This document shows, piece by piece, positions 37,640 to 48,382 of a stretch of 64,000 nucleotides of DNA (its first letter is position 1; every line of letters starts with the position of its first letter). Origin of the DNA: a virus; the IMG/VR virus record IMGVR_UViG_3300025699_000004. One strand, given 5' to 3'. A model generated the notes under the pieces. That model saw nothing but the letters and a program-made list of their open reading frames with translations. It did not search any database and was not told where the DNA came from. The position numbers were made by a program, and so were the translations under genes.

Positions 37640-40600
37640 TTAAACATCAGGTCTGCTCAGTCCGATATTAAAACAGAATTTTGTAGCCCCATTTGTACTA
37701 TTAGGCATTGTGACAGTAAGGTCATCGCCAATATTTATATTACCAGCGGATGGATTAAAACCCCCTACACAGGCTGCAAATGCAGTTGTTCCTATTCCAG
37801 CACTTTGATCTATTGACAATATATTATAATTAACTTTACTTCCGCTAATTATATGATATGTTCTATTCGCTAAAGGAAATGGAATTTCTCCACATAATTG
37901 AGTATCTATTAAGCTTGCAATTCCAGAAGCACTCGCAGGGTCCGTCTTAAAATTAGACACAAAAGAGCCCGCATTGGAACCTCTTAAATAAAAACCTCTA
38001 GCCTTTCCCCCAACAAGAGCTGTGCTGAAATCATTACTTTGTATTCCTGTTATACTTACGAAATCATTATTCCCAGCATATTCAATTATATTTCCTTTTC
38101 CATTTGCCAATGAAAATGTACCATCTTTTCCAATATATATACCTGTATTATCTGTATCTGTATAATGATTTCTAGCCGTTGAGGTTGAGACATCAAAAGT
38201 AGAAATGTAATTCTCTGTTAATTCTAATCCGCCAATTCGTCCTGCACTTCCACTTATAGTACCACTAACAACTGCATTTACTGCATACAAATCGCCATCA
38301 TTATTTACGTGAAACTTGTTTCTAACATCATCATATACAGTTCCAGGTCCTATACTTATATTTCCCTCATTATCAGCTCTAAAAAAATTGCTCTGATCGC
38401 ACTTGCCGACATTAATACTAGAACCACTTATCATTCCAGACAGAACTTTCAAGTCCCAAAATGTTGCGGTTCCATCTCCTCTTAGTTGAAACCCAGATGG
38501 TATAACATCGCAATTTTCATTACTCCTGAACCCAAAGCTTTCTATAACACTTAGTTCGGGATTAACTTCGTCTCCTAAAATTATAGTTTGTCTAGGTTCA
38601 AAATGATTAGCTGTTACAGTTCCTGCTATGTTGGCATTTTGTGCATATAAGGTTCCCTCATTTGTGACTAAAAATCTAACATCTACTATTCTCCACCAAT
38701 CTCTATCTTCTCCAGCTGCAACATGAGACCAGCCCGTATCAACCTGATAATCTAATATTGGCGATGTTAATTGAACATATCCAAATTTTTCATGCTGACC
38801 ACCTCCCTCAGTGTAGTCCAGAACTGGAGAGGTTCCCATATCATTGTAAGTGAAATAAGTAGAGGAGGTAGTTATACCTCTTATATCTTGCCCTCCATTT
38901 CCATAATTAATTTCTAAAAATGCCCCCCTGTTTATAGCGGCTTTTACTGCATCAATTTTGTCCCTGAATTGATTTTTCCCTAAAGGTAAATAATCATCTA
39001 AATTCAACTGTACATTAACTGGCTTAGCATTACCTCTTATGTGCGGTTGGTTGATAGCTCCAGCTCCTCCAGTAAAATATCCAGATATCCTAAGAGCCTG
39101 ATTTCCTATGCTAAGTTCACCATCTTCTTTAATTCTTAGCTGAGTAGATGGATCGCTACCTATAGAGATGCTTCCAGCTGTCATATCTCCTCTAATTTCA
39201 AGAGTATTAGGTTCTATATCATGACCTAAAAGCCCATTTCCTATATCTGTCCATGTGGGTTGCTTGAAATCCCCATTGCCCAGCTTCTCACCTGTCCAGA
39301 ACAGTCCCTGCTCACCCAAGGAAGGGTTCCCTATTCTTAGCATTCTATGGTCCAAATACAGCCCCTCACCGATGCCATACATATATTTAGGATCTGCCAA
39401 GCCTTTTGCATAAACATTATCGCTAACCATTCTTCCACTAGGGTTAGCTAGAATTATCGTATTTGAAGTTATTGAATCTGTTAATATTTTACTAGCTCTT
39501 ATATTTCCAAGATAAGAATCGTCAATAGCCCCCCCAGTTACATAACCTAAATTATGAGGAACTACTCCGTATTTTTGATTAACGAAAGAAGATGTTTTTT
39601 GTTTTGCGGGATCTGAAAAATAAGAATTATGAGTGTTGCTAGCTATTCCCGAAACAAAACCTATACCTGTATTATTAGATCTATCTACAGTCCTAAGGAA
39701 GTAATGGTACAGAACTTCTTGTCTAGGTTGATCGTGTATATCGCCCGCTCCTACTCCATAACCACTAAAGATCCCAGTCTCTACATCGCTATCTATAAAT
39801 GCGGTTCCTGGATTTAATATATACGAATACTCATCTTTGTTATTATCGAAATACCCACTAATATCTTGAGTCTTCCAGCAATATTTCCCCTGTGTTGAGT
39901 TTTCGTTCAGCCTTCCTGTTGGAATACCTGTTTTATAAACAACCACACTTGCTAAATCAGAATCAGCTCCATTGGGCCAATCCCATTCTAGAAAAATTTG
40001 TTTAGGCCCAGATGTTATATAAAAATTTTCGGGATTACTAGGGTTGGTGTTATCTTTTGGCGTTGTAAAGGGCCTAGGTTTAGCTACTGTATAAGCACTA
40101 TATCGTCCGTCATTCTCTTTTATTCTTGCACGGAAAAAATAATCTTCATTAGCAAGAAGGTTTGAAAACACCCCGCTGCCAGTCATTGTTGGTGGATTAA
40201 TTCCGTACTCTATATCTGCTAACTGAGAACCAACCAAAGGGCTGAATCCTAAATTTTTTGCTAGATCTACTTTGTAATGAGAATGATCATAGTTTAATTT
40301 TCCAGTAATTACATACTCTACATAAGCAAATGAAGAACCGTCGCCCTTTGTATCATTTTCTATTCCAGTTATTAATTGTATATGTTCAGGTCTTAATGGA
40401 GTAGTTTTTTGTATTTTTAATTTTTGTCCACTATGATGAGGAAGAACTTCATTTAATAATCCTCCAGGAAATGTTACTGGATCTGTATTACCAACACTAA
40501 ATAAGCCAGTGTTATTAGATGAATCCACCCCTCTTAACCAAAAATATAAATCTTTATTTTGATCTCCTCCGAAATCTCTTAATGGTATAACCTCTGATTG

Positions 40601-43600
40601 AAATTTAGATATTTGATGTATATTAGTTCCCGCAGCAACACCCGTATCATTAGCAACCCCTGTATATAATATAGTTAAATCTAAATCGTTATCAGGAGGA
40701 TTAGCCCATGATAAAAATATATTATTTGAACTTTTATTAGTTTCTTTCCAGAGATGCTGGCCAGGAGGAGATTCATCATTTAGTGCTCTTAAATCTTTAC
40801 TAACTTCTGCACTCTTGTTTCCCTGAATATCATGAGAAGTCAACCTAAAGGTATATGTCCTTCCTCCAACAGCTAAATAATCATACTGACCAGAACAAGT
40901 TACACATCCTCCGTCATCAACTCTAGGTAAAGACCTACTATATATTTCGTTATTTGTGTTATTTTGTATTTTTAAATTGTACTCTTTAAAATCTGAATGA
41001 TCGTTAAAATCTCCAGAATAAAAAGCTGTTATATATGAATTTTGCGTTCCATCATTACCCAATCTAACACTACCTGATAATATTAAATCCACTCCGCCGA
41101 ATTGCATTATAGATATATCATTACTGTTATCAGCTTCCCCAGTATTTCCAGCATGATCTAAAGCTCTTATATGAAAACTTCCATTCAAGTCGGGGCCAAA
41201 ACCCCTATTTTTGTTAAACTGGTCTAAAGGATACACCGCAAAATTAGAGCTTGATTTAATTAAGAAATCATCTTTTCCATTTGTATACAGTGGAGCTATA
41301 TCGTGTTTGCCCGTATATATTCTTGCGTGATTTAAATCTGTATCACTAGGATTATCCCAGTTAAAATGAATATTATCAAATACAATTTTTGCTCGGAAAT
41401 TAGAGCAGGCTCCAGGAGGAGTTCTGTCTCTTTCAGCCCTGAAGAACATTATTTTTTCAGGACCTTGCCCGAAACTATTATATTCAGACCATCTTAATTC
41501 ATAATATTTATCTGGATTCGCCAGCTCAAATTCTCCAGAAAGAATGTTTCCAGTTATCACGTCTTGAGATTTTGTACCAAATACAGAACACCCAGAAAGA
41601 TTACCCTTTCCAGTTTCATTCATTACCCGAGGTCTCTCTATGATATAATCTTGTTTAAAATCTCCATCTAGATAATTTGGAACCGAAAGCATTTTATTCG
41701 CCTGCCCGCCAACCACGGCTTTATCTGACCCATCGTATAAAACTTCATACTCTCCACAATCTTGAACTCCTGATATGCAATATTCTCCGTCCTGCAAGAC
41801 GCCAGGTGTTGCGGCTAAATTTCCGTAATAAGTGTCCGTAACCTCTTGAACTCTAATTCTGTATCCAGCTGAATTAGACTGTCCTTTGCTATAATATTTT
41901 CCATTCTCTTGTGTGTTGTGAAAAAAGAATTCTACCTTGGATTTATTAACTCCTTCTGTATTAACGAAACCAGTCGCTCTAACCACAAGATCCACCGTAT
42001 TTTCTTCTGGAAAACCAAAGCTTACTGGCTGCTTAATGATTTCTGGAGTTGCTGGATTTGGATCTGGACCACCATCGCCAGGAGGTGGGTCAGTCGGTTC
42101 CAGCTCAAAATCGGATTCTTTATAGATCGTATTTAGTTTTTCAACATCCTTGAACTTGTCTTGATCATACTCTAACCCAACAATTCCATAACTTCCGTCT
42201 TCATTAGATGATACAGATAATACTTTAAATTGTTTTGTCGTTACTCCTGCTCCGCACAAATAACCAGCATCCCCAGTTCCTTCAAGTATGTATATATCCC
42301 CTTCTCTTATTTTTTGAGTATTAGTGATTCTATTAGCTCCATCTCTTAAGTTTGATAAAACAGAGTCGTCTAGTAAATAATCATTAAATGTTTTTAAACC
42401 TAAGCCTAGTTTATTATTTACATAATCTCCAGTGATCCCCGTTGATAGAATTAAATCTTGAGTTTCATGTGTTAATATCTTAGCTCCAGAAGGAGTATTC
42501 TCTATGTAATTATTTAAACTAGGATTTAAAGAGGCACTAGAATCTAAATTTGTAAAAGGAAAATTTCTTAAGTTATTGTCGGCTGACCCTATTGAGTGGC
42601 CATTTCTATGTATAAAAGTTTTAAATTGCTTAGACTGTTCTTCTAAGTCTTCCCCAGGTATATTAAAACTTATCGATTGAAAATTATAATCATTTGTATC
42701 TACTGTATCGTCTAATAAAATATAATTATCGCTGGCAACATTTTTATTATTAACAACCTTCTTAACTCTTCCGCCTCCTTTGTAGCCATTTCTTATAGAG
42801 TCAGATACCTCAAAAACATAACCTGGCCTTAAATGCTCCGCAATTTTATCAGTTACGAAAGATACCGTTTCCTCTTCTTTATTTGATGTTAATAAAACCC
42901 ATCTGCCCAACCTTAAAGCTTGATCTTTTGAAGTACAACCAACGGCAGCTAATTCTTTTTCTATAATTCCATGCCTTATTATTCCTTCTGCATCTTCTAC
43001 ATATGCATATTTAGGTAAATAATTTTCTTCTTTATCTTTATAAGCAACCTTTATTGCTGTAAACCTTGTCTGCTTAGATGTTCCAGAATATTGAAAATCA
43101 CCCTGCTTTACATTTGCATTTGTAAATTTCAAACAAGGCTCAGTTATATTATCTTGAGTTATTACAATTTTATTCGCATCAAAATAAACCATTCCCTGGA
43201 AAACCGAAGCTATTTCCTGTATAGCTTTATAAGCCTCCATTCTATTCTGTATCAAAACATTACAAGAATATCTCCTCTCTTTCCTGAATCTATCAGGGTC
43301 AGTATTTGTTGCGAATTTCTTTAACTTTGAAGTGGGAACTAACTGATCGCAATATTTGGCTATCTTGTAAAGCTCAAATTTATTTATGTCGGAATCAGTT
43401 ATATATTCCCCAAGCCCAAACCTATCGTTTGTAATTAAGTCGTATAATATCCATGCTGGATTATCTGTCCACTCTAAATCGTCTTTAAATCTACCATCCC
43501 AGACCCCCACATGCCTATCTTCCACGACTGGGCCGTTTGGCCCATCCCCTGAATCCTCATAATTAGAAGGTACTTTTACTTTTTTTAATTTTAAATCAAA

Positions 43601-44551
43601 AGTTCTTCTGGGTATTTGAGAAAAGCTTTCGGCGCTCAATACGGTTCCCACATAAGCGGAATTAGGATAACTTAAATTAGATTTAGTGATTTCTGTTACT
43701 GTAGCAAGTCTGGCGGAAAATTTAGATCTAAAATTAGTAGGTTCATCTGTTAAATTCCTTATGTATATTTGTCTAGATCTTTTAGAGGAGTCTGCTCCAA
43801 ATTCAGGATCCCTTAATTTAAATAGAATATCTTCCTTATATGAAGATGTGCATACTCCAGTAAAATGAACATAAGCATGGTATTCTGTAGATACAGGGGG
43901 AATGGGTAGTATTTTTTTTGTAGATCGATGATAGTATCCCGTAATGTCTCCCCATATGTGAACCATTCCATGATTGCCCGTCAACCAACCGTCGTTCTCA
44001 GTAAAACTGCATTGCCCCAGCTCTAAAGTAACTCCAATCCAATCTACATCATGATCAATCACACTATGAGAGGTTCTGAAAACAGAAGTTTCATTACCCG
44101 CCAACATCTTTGAATTCGGCAAATTAACGTTTTTAGTGATTGTTTTAGAAGCATACGAAAAATCTTCCAACCAATAAAAGTTATCAACATCAACAATACC
44201 TGCATTACCTTGACCAGTATAAACCCCAGATTGACTTTCTTCGCCGTGCTTAAAAACTGTATTTATACTCCTGAAATTATACAAATCAGGCTTAGCCAAA
44301 TCTGTGGTTATTTTTACAGGTACATCATTTAAATATACTCCTTTTAAAATATCAGAACCGCTAACTAACCTTCCTGTCGCATCGCAAAAACCCTCCACGG
44401 GACCTTCTGATAAAAGGTCTACAGCCTTGAAGTAAGATGTAGACTCGTAAAGGTTTTTTTCATAAGGGGTAACATTACCATGTCCAGTAACAGCCCTAAA
44501 TCCAACATGAGGATTAAGTCCCGTAGCAGCGGCATTTATATAAACAGGCAT
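37640..44551 (-). CDS. J: Lambda gpJ-like tail tip/central fibre protein with fibronectin type III-like repeats
   Basis: DLLSEGPVEG, YPNSAYVG, WDGRFK...WTDNPAWILYDLITNDRFGLG, IAKYCDQLV, RRYSCN, GCTSKDQALRLGRW; repeated D.TPP....W.NP.D.DL units. Confidence 0.9.
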   Translation of the reverse strand: MPVYINAAATGLNPHVGFRAVTGHGNVTPYEKNLYESTSYFKAVDLLSEGPVEGFCDATGRLVSGSDILKGVYLNDVPVKITTDLAKPDLYNFRSINTVFKHGEESQSGVYTGQGNAGIVDVDNFYWLEDFSYASKTITKNVNLPNSKMLAGNETSVFRTSHSVIDHDVDWIGVTLELGQCSFTENDGWLTGNHGMVHIWGDITGYYHRSTKKILPIPPVSTEYHAYVHFTGVCTSSYKEDILFKLRDPEFGADSSKRSRQIYIRNLTDEPTNFRSKFSARLATVTEITKSNLSYPNSAYVGTVLSAESFSQIPRRTFDLKLKKVKVPSNYEDSGDGPNGPVVEDRHVGVWDGRFKDDLEWTDNPAWILYDLITNDRFGLGEYITDSDINKFELYKIAKYCDQLVPTSKLKKFATNTDPDRFRKERRYSCNVLIQNRMEAYKAIQEIASVFQGMVYFDANKIVITQDNITEPCLKFTNANVKQGDFQYSGTSKQTRFTAIKVAYKDKEENYLPKYAYVEDAEGIIRHGIIEKELAAVGCTSKDQALRLGRWVLLTSNKEEETVSFVTDKIAEHLRPGYVFEVSDSIRNGYKGGGRVKKVVNNKNVASDNYILLDDTVDTNDYNFQSISFNIPGEDLEEQSKQFKTFIHRNGHSIGSADNNLRNFPFTNLDSSASLNPSLNNYIENTPSGAKILTHETQDLILSTGITGDYVNNKLGLGLKTFNDYLLDDSVLSNLRDGANRITNTQKIREGDIYILEGTGDAGYLCGAGVTTKQFKVLSVSSNEDGSYGIVGLEYDQDKFKDVEKLNTIYKESDFELEPTDPPPGDGGPDPNPATPEIIKQPVSFGFPEENTVDLVVRATGFVNTEGVNKSKVEFFFHNTQENGKYYSKGQSNSAGYRIRVQEVTDTYYGNLAATPGVLQDGEYCISGVQDCGEYEVLYDGSDKAVVGGQANKMLSVPNYLDGDFKQDYIIERPRVMNETGKGNLSGCSVFGTKSQDVITGNILSGEFELANPDKYYELRWSEYNSFGQGPEKIMFFRAERDRTPPGACSNFRAKIVFDNIHFNWDNPSDTDLNHARIYTGKHDIAPLYTNGKDDFLIKSSSNFAVYPLDQFNKNRGFGPDLNGSFHIRALDHAGNTGEADNSNDISIMQFGGVDLILSGSVRLGNDGTQNSYITAFYSGDFNDHSDFKEYNLKIQNNTNNEIYSRSLPRVDDGGCVTCSGQYDYLAVGGRTYTFRLTSHDIQGNKSAEVSKDLRALNDESPPGQHLWKETNKSSNNIFLSWANPPDNDLDLTILYTGVANDTGVAAGTNIHQISKFQSEVIPLRDFGGDQNKDLYFWLRGVDSSNNTGLFSVGNTDPVTFPGGLLNEVLPHHSGQKLKIQKTTPLRPEHIQLITGIENDTKGDGSSFAYVEYVITGKLNYDHSHYKVDLAKNLGFSPLVGSQLADIEYGINPPTMTGSGVFSNLLANEDYFFRARIKENDGRYSAYTVAKPRPFTTPKDNTNPSNPENFYITSGPKQIFLEWDWPNGADSDLASVVVYKTGIPTGRLNENSTQGKYCWKTQDISGYFDNNKDEYSYILNPGTAFIDSDVETGIFSGYGVGAGDIHDQPRQEVLYHYFLRTVDRSNNTGIGFVSGIASNTHNSYFSDPAKQKTSSFVNQKYGVVPHNLGYVTGGAIDDSYLGNIRASKILTDSITSNTIILANPSGRMVSDNVYAKGLADPKYMYGIGEGLYLDHRMLRIGNPSLGEQGLFWTGEKLGNGDFKQPTWTDIGNGLLGHDIEPNTLEIRGDMTAGSISIGSDPSTQLRIKEDGELSIGNQALRISGYFTGGAGAINQPHIRGNAKPVNVQLNLDDYLPLGKNQFRDKIDAVKAAINRGAFLEINYGNGGQDIRGITTSSTYFTYNDMGTSPVLDYTEGGGQHEKFGYVQLTSPILDYQVDTGWSHVAAGEDRDWWRIVDVRFLVTNEGTLYAQNANIAGTVTANHFEPRQTIILGDEVNPELSVIESFGFRSNENCDVIPSGFQLRGDGTATFWDLKVLSGMISGSSINVGKCDQSNFFRADNEGNISIGPGTVYDDVRNKFHVNNDGDLYAVNAVVSGTISGSAGRIGGLELTENYISTFDVSTSTARNHYTDTDNTGIYIGKDGTFSLANGKGNIIEYAGNNDFVSITGIQSNDFSTALVGGKARGFYLRGSNAGSFVSNFKTDPASASGIASLIDTQLCGEIPFPLANRTYHIISGSKVNYNILSIDQSAGIGTTAFAACVGGFNPSAGNINIGDDLTVTMPNSTNGATKFCFNIGLSRPDV

Positions 44552-44553
44552 TA

Positions 44554-45330
44554 CTATATATTATGATGCTGAACCGCTTCTGTTTTCAATTTCACTTTCC
44601 CCCCAGGGGCAGATGGAGAGTCTGACTCTATAGAATCAATCACCATATAAGGAAACTTGACTAATCTAGAGTTGAAAACAGACGAAGAAATCATACTGCT
44701 GCCTACCCTCAATCTACCATAACCCACTGGAACAGATACTCCTTGTTTAACATTATTTCCTGGTTGAGAAAAAATAAAAGAAGAGCTTGATGGGTTTGAT
44801 GATTGTTCGTCCGCAACCTCAGGGTGTTCTGGCTCGTCAGTCAATGCCTCAATTGCTCCCTGCAACATCATTGCTATACCGATCTCTTGAGCGAACTCCC
44901 CAACCCCAATCATTAAATCCCCTAATGAAAAATCATCAACGAACGGAATCCAATCCAGAGATATGTCTTGGAAAAAATCTAATCCACCAGCCCACTCCAG
45001 GCCCATCCCCCCTGCAGTAGTATAAGTTCCATACCTGCCCATATCTGTGTCCCAAAAATCCCCCAAAAACCCTGCTCCTTTTAAGGCTGGTACCACATGA
45101 ATTTCATCGACGTTACTCAGGCTCAAACTAACCTGCTCCCTAGAGAGAGGAGCTTTGTCAATAAATATATTGTAAACAACTCCTTGCTGCTCTTTCTTAA
45201 TAACTTCATTTAAAAAATTTTCAGAATTAGCATCTATAGCGCTAAAAATCTCACTGGGGCTATTTATTTCAAACTCCCAATCTTTTCCAAATTTATCTCC
45301 CAAGAAACCGTGTAAAAATACCTTTTTCAT
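44554..45330 (-). CDS. I: Lambda gpI-like tail assembly protein
   Basis: KVFLHGFLGDKFG, EIHVVPALKGAG, SFIFSQPGN...QGVSVPVGYGRLRVGS. Confidence 0.85.
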   Translation of the reverse strand: MKKVFLHGFLGDKFGKDWEFEINSPSEIFSAIDANSENFLNEVIKKEQQGVVYNIFIDKAPLSREQVSLSLSNVDEIHVVPALKGAGFLGDFWDTDMGRYGTYTTAGGMGLEWAGGLDFFQDISLDWIPFVDDFSLGDLMIGVGEFAQEIGIAMMLQGAIEALTDEPEHPEVADEQSSNPSSSSFIFSQPGNNVKQGVSVPVGYGRLRVGSSMISSSVFNSRLVKFPYMVIDSIESDSPSAPGGKVKLKTEAVQHHNI

Positions 45331-45346
45331 CCTTTATCCTATAATA

Positions 45347-45730
45347 TTATACACCATATTCTTTCCTGATTCTTTTTAAAAAATTACAAAGAGATTTTGT
45401 CGCTTTTTTGAGATTTAAACTTTTCGGTATATATAAATTACTCTTTTTAGTTTTAAAGCTATAAACAAAATAGGGCACCATTAATTCTTCAGAATGAATA
45501 ACATCCTTACTAGAGAAGCTTTCGTCAAATTCTATATGAGAATGATATAAACCAAAAATTTGAAATTCTTTCTTCAAATCTAAGTAATCCTTTATAGATA
45601 TTTCGAAGTTCTCAAAACGTCTACTTGCTATATTTTCACACTTTTTTAACTTTACTTTTTTATCAAAATAAATTATACCACATTCTTCATTTTTAAAATC
45701 TGAAAATTGTTTTTTTATAGCCTCTTTCAT
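45347..45730 (-). CDS. K: JAB/MPN-domain tail tip protein (gpK N-domain only)
   Basis: EECGII and intact JAMM motif HSHIEFDESFSSKD (H-x-H-x7-S-x2-D); no NlpC/P60 domain. Confidence 0.8.
   Translation of the reverse strand: MKEAIKKQFSDFKNEECGIIYFDKKVKLKKCENIASRRFENFEISIKDYLDLKKEFQIFGLYHSHIEFDESFSSKDVIHSEELMVPYFVYSFKTKKSNLYIPKSLNLKKATKSLCNFLKRIRKEYGV
45350..45354 (-). promoter_or_regulatory. GTGTA motif upstream of the I-like gene
   Basis: GTGTATAATATTATAGGATAAAGG-ATG. It overlaps the last codons of the K-like gene, so it may be coincidental. Confidence 0.3.
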
Positions 45731-46638
45731 TAAAAAATTCTGCTTCCTGGGAACCCTCCAAACGGCAAATGCTCCCCATCATCCCCCTTAAACCTAAACT
45801 TGCATCCCTTTAATTTTTTGGAGCATTCGTCTGCAGCCCAAAACTCAGTACTCACGGTGGGTCTGTTTTCTGAATCGGAATTGTTATCTGACACACAAAT
45901 ATAAAAAACCTTCCTTAATTTACTCCCTTCGGTAACCTCGACATAAACAAAATCTCCTTTTGCATAAGCTATAGATTCTTGCCATTGCCCCCTGTCATTT
46001 AAAACCGATGTAAACAAAGCGTCGTTAGCATCAGCTACAGGAGGCCCAGAGTAACCGCAGCTCTCTCCTCTATACTTCCAGAAGCAATAATTGTTTATAA
46101 CCTGCCTCCTAGGTACTTTTAAATTTTCTAGGTCTAAAGGTGAAATCAACTCATACTCAACAAATATTTTATTTTCAGATGACTTTCTATTAATTATCCA
46201 GTTTTGATCTTCAAGCTTTGAAGTCGGGTCAGGATTGATCCCAAGAGAGTTCCAATAATCTATATCCTTATCATAATTTATAAAATTATCTTTATCCAAA
46301 AACCTTAAAAAAGTTCTTTCTCTTCTTACTTTCGCTCCCAATAAGTCTTCCTTATCTTTTATATAACCAGAGAAGAAACCTTTTAAGTTAATTAATTTCA
46401 AGGAGGGTCTAGCTAAAGATCCACTCGTTTTTAAATCAAACCCTTCAGCTTCAAAAGGTAAATACTTATAAACATTCCCGCTAAATATAATGTTTTTATT
46501 AACTTCACTAACACCTCCGTGAAATCTAATGATATCAGTAGTATTAGGTATATCGTATATAGTGTAAAAATCTATTAAAAGATTCGGGTCATTTCCGAAA
46601 AGTTCTCTATTTATATTCTCTGTTTTTCGACTTGTCAT
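45730..46638 (-). CDS. L: Lambda gpL-like minor tail protein (Fe-S cysteines)
   Basis: LPFEAEGFD, RERTF.RFLD, CFWKYRGESCGY, DECSKKLKGCKFRF, LPFGGFPG. Confidence 0.92.
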   Translation of the reverse strand: MTSRKTENINRELFGNDPNLLIDFYTIYDIPNTTDIIRFHGGVSEVNKNIIFSGNVYKYLPFEAEGFDLKTSGSLARPSLKLINLKGFFSGYIKDKEDLLGAKVRRERTFLRFLDKDNFINYDKDIDYWNSLGINPDPTSKLEDQNWIINRKSSENKIFVEYELISPLDLENLKVPRRQVINNYCFWKYRGESCGYSGPPVADANDALFTSVLNDRGQWQESIAYAKGDFVYVEVTEGSKLRKVFYICVSDNNSDSENRPTVSTEFWAADECSKKLKGCKFRFKGDDGEHLPFGGFPGSRIF

Positions 46639-46660
46639 TCAATTATATTTTAAATTTTTT

Positions 46661-48382
46661 TTAAAAAACTTCCAATATCTTAACTCTTACTGTATGGTTG
46701 TTTTTGAAAACATAGTTGTGATTAACTCCTCTACATAAAAATGTACCTTCCTTCACATAAGGCTCTTTTATTTTAAAATTAAATTTTTTAACACCCATTC
46801 TATAAACATAAAAATTGAGAACCTCTAATAATTCCTCGTTATTTAAATTATTATACGTTAAGTCATAGGAATTGGCCAAGGAATTTATTCCATCACTTTC
46901 AGTAAAATTTCTAGAATTTCTCGATGCGAATCTTTGGGATTTCAAATTGGTTGTTATAGGTAATGAATGGGACGGTTTTATTCCTAAGGAGTCCGCTGAT
47001 CTTGCTCCAGATATAATCTGTCTTTGCGATTCTGGCATGCAAGGCATTTCCAATATATTTTTCATAGAAAAAATAGACAAGTTTTCATTAACTAAAAACA
47101 TGCTTACATCATTATTATCTTTGAATTTTTTATCAACATTCAAACTTTCACATCTAAAATCTTGTACGAAATATGGAGGAACAGAATATAATGATTTATA
47201 AGCCTCTTGATTAGTCAGACCTATTCTATCTTTAACTTGATAAGGAAACTTCCCGTGACTACCAGCATTTTCAATGTATGTCGATATACCACTGGCTTGC
47301 TCGTCTGATTTATCTGTAAAATTTAAATTCATAGAGAATCTAATATTATTTAAGTGTACAGGATCAAAAGATGAATAACTTTCGCCGTATTCAATAATGT
47401 CATTATCAAAAGATATATCTACAGATGAACCATAAGACGGAATATAATTAAATGGGCTCTCATATGTGAAGTTTTTTAAAGTTGAATCGGTTCTTATACC
47501 ACTTGAGAATTGTTCGAAATTATTGTAAAACCCCCCTGCCGAATTAACGCTTTCATCAAAGTAAGATTTTTTTAAATCCCAAAATTTTCCGCTTTGAAAA
47601 GACTCGTCGCATATATCTCTAGGGCTAATCGTAGCAGGTTTAGCCTCAACTTCCAGGAGTGTAAATCTCCAATTATTCCTCGACGCACCCCAAAAGGAAG
47701 CGGTCTCAGTAAGGATATAACTACTTCCATCGCTCTCCCAACCAGAAGTTATGGTTTTAATTACTGATGTTCCAAGCGCTAAATTCTCAATCTTTATTTT
47801 TTTGATTCTAAAATTAGTCGCATTAGTAGATAGCATCCTGAAGTGTAAGCTTTTCATTCTTGCTGGCTCAACTTTCACATACTTATGAACATTTTCAGAT
47901 AATGATTGGTTAAACAATGGCGACACACCAATATTGTCATCAGGAATAACCTGCATGGTTACTAATGCAAATCTGCTGGTAGAAAAAACTCCACCATAAG
48001 AAGGGTCCACGTCGAATGTTACTATATCAGCATCGCTAATACTCCTAGCTTCAATATTCCAGACTGAGTCTGGCTCAGATCCAAATGTATGCCTAGCACT
48101 CCATCCAAGGTAATTCGTCATTGTTCCATTTAAAAGAGGTCCCCAACCAGCATCTGTCGTGTTAGTTATTAATAATGAGTCTATGTGTTGTCCATTTGGA
48201 TGAGTTAATCTAGAATATGCCCAGTTAGCTCCAACAGTTGTGGATGTTTGCCCGATTGATAATTCTTGAATAACATTCCAAGACGAATCAAGAAGCTTAA
48301 GTCTAAGTAAAGAGCTGTCGTTTATAACTCCGCCAGGAGTCCCTGCTCCGACATTGTTTATAAAATTTACAGTATGTGCCAT
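46661..48382 (-). CDS. Distal tail protein-like with two lambda gpM-like domains and an extra N-terminal domain
   Basis: FNYIPSYGSS...YGESYS...MNLNFTD...ISTYIENAG..KFPY and IKPSHS...SDGINSL..YDLTYN...ILEVF. Confidence 0.65.
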   Translation of the reverse strand: MAHTVNFINNVGAGTPGGVINDSSLLRLKLLDSSWNVIQELSIGQTSTTVGANWAYSRLTHPNGQHIDSLLITNTTDAGWGPLLNGTMTNYLGWSARHTFGSEPDSVWNIEARSISDADIVTFDVDPSYGGVFSTSRFALVTMQVIPDDNIGVSPLFNQSLSENVHKYVKVEPARMKSLHFRMLSTNATNFRIKKIKIENLALGTSVIKTITSGWESDGSSYILTETASFWGASRNNWRFTLLEVEAKPATISPRDICDESFQSGKFWDLKKSYFDESVNSAGGFYNNFEQFSSGIRTDSTLKNFTYESPFNYIPSYGSSVDISFDNDIIEYGESYSSFDPVHLNNIRFSMNLNFTDKSDEQASGISTYIENAGSHGKFPYQVKDRIGLTNQEAYKSLYSVPPYFVQDFRCESLNVDKKFKDNNDVSMFLVNENLSIFSMKNILEMPCMPESQRQIISGARSADSLGIKPSHSLPITTNLKSQRFASRNSRNFTESDGINSLANSYDLTYNNLNNEELLEVLNFYVYRMGVKKFNFKIKEPYVKEGTFLCRGVNHNYVFKNNHTVRVKILEVF

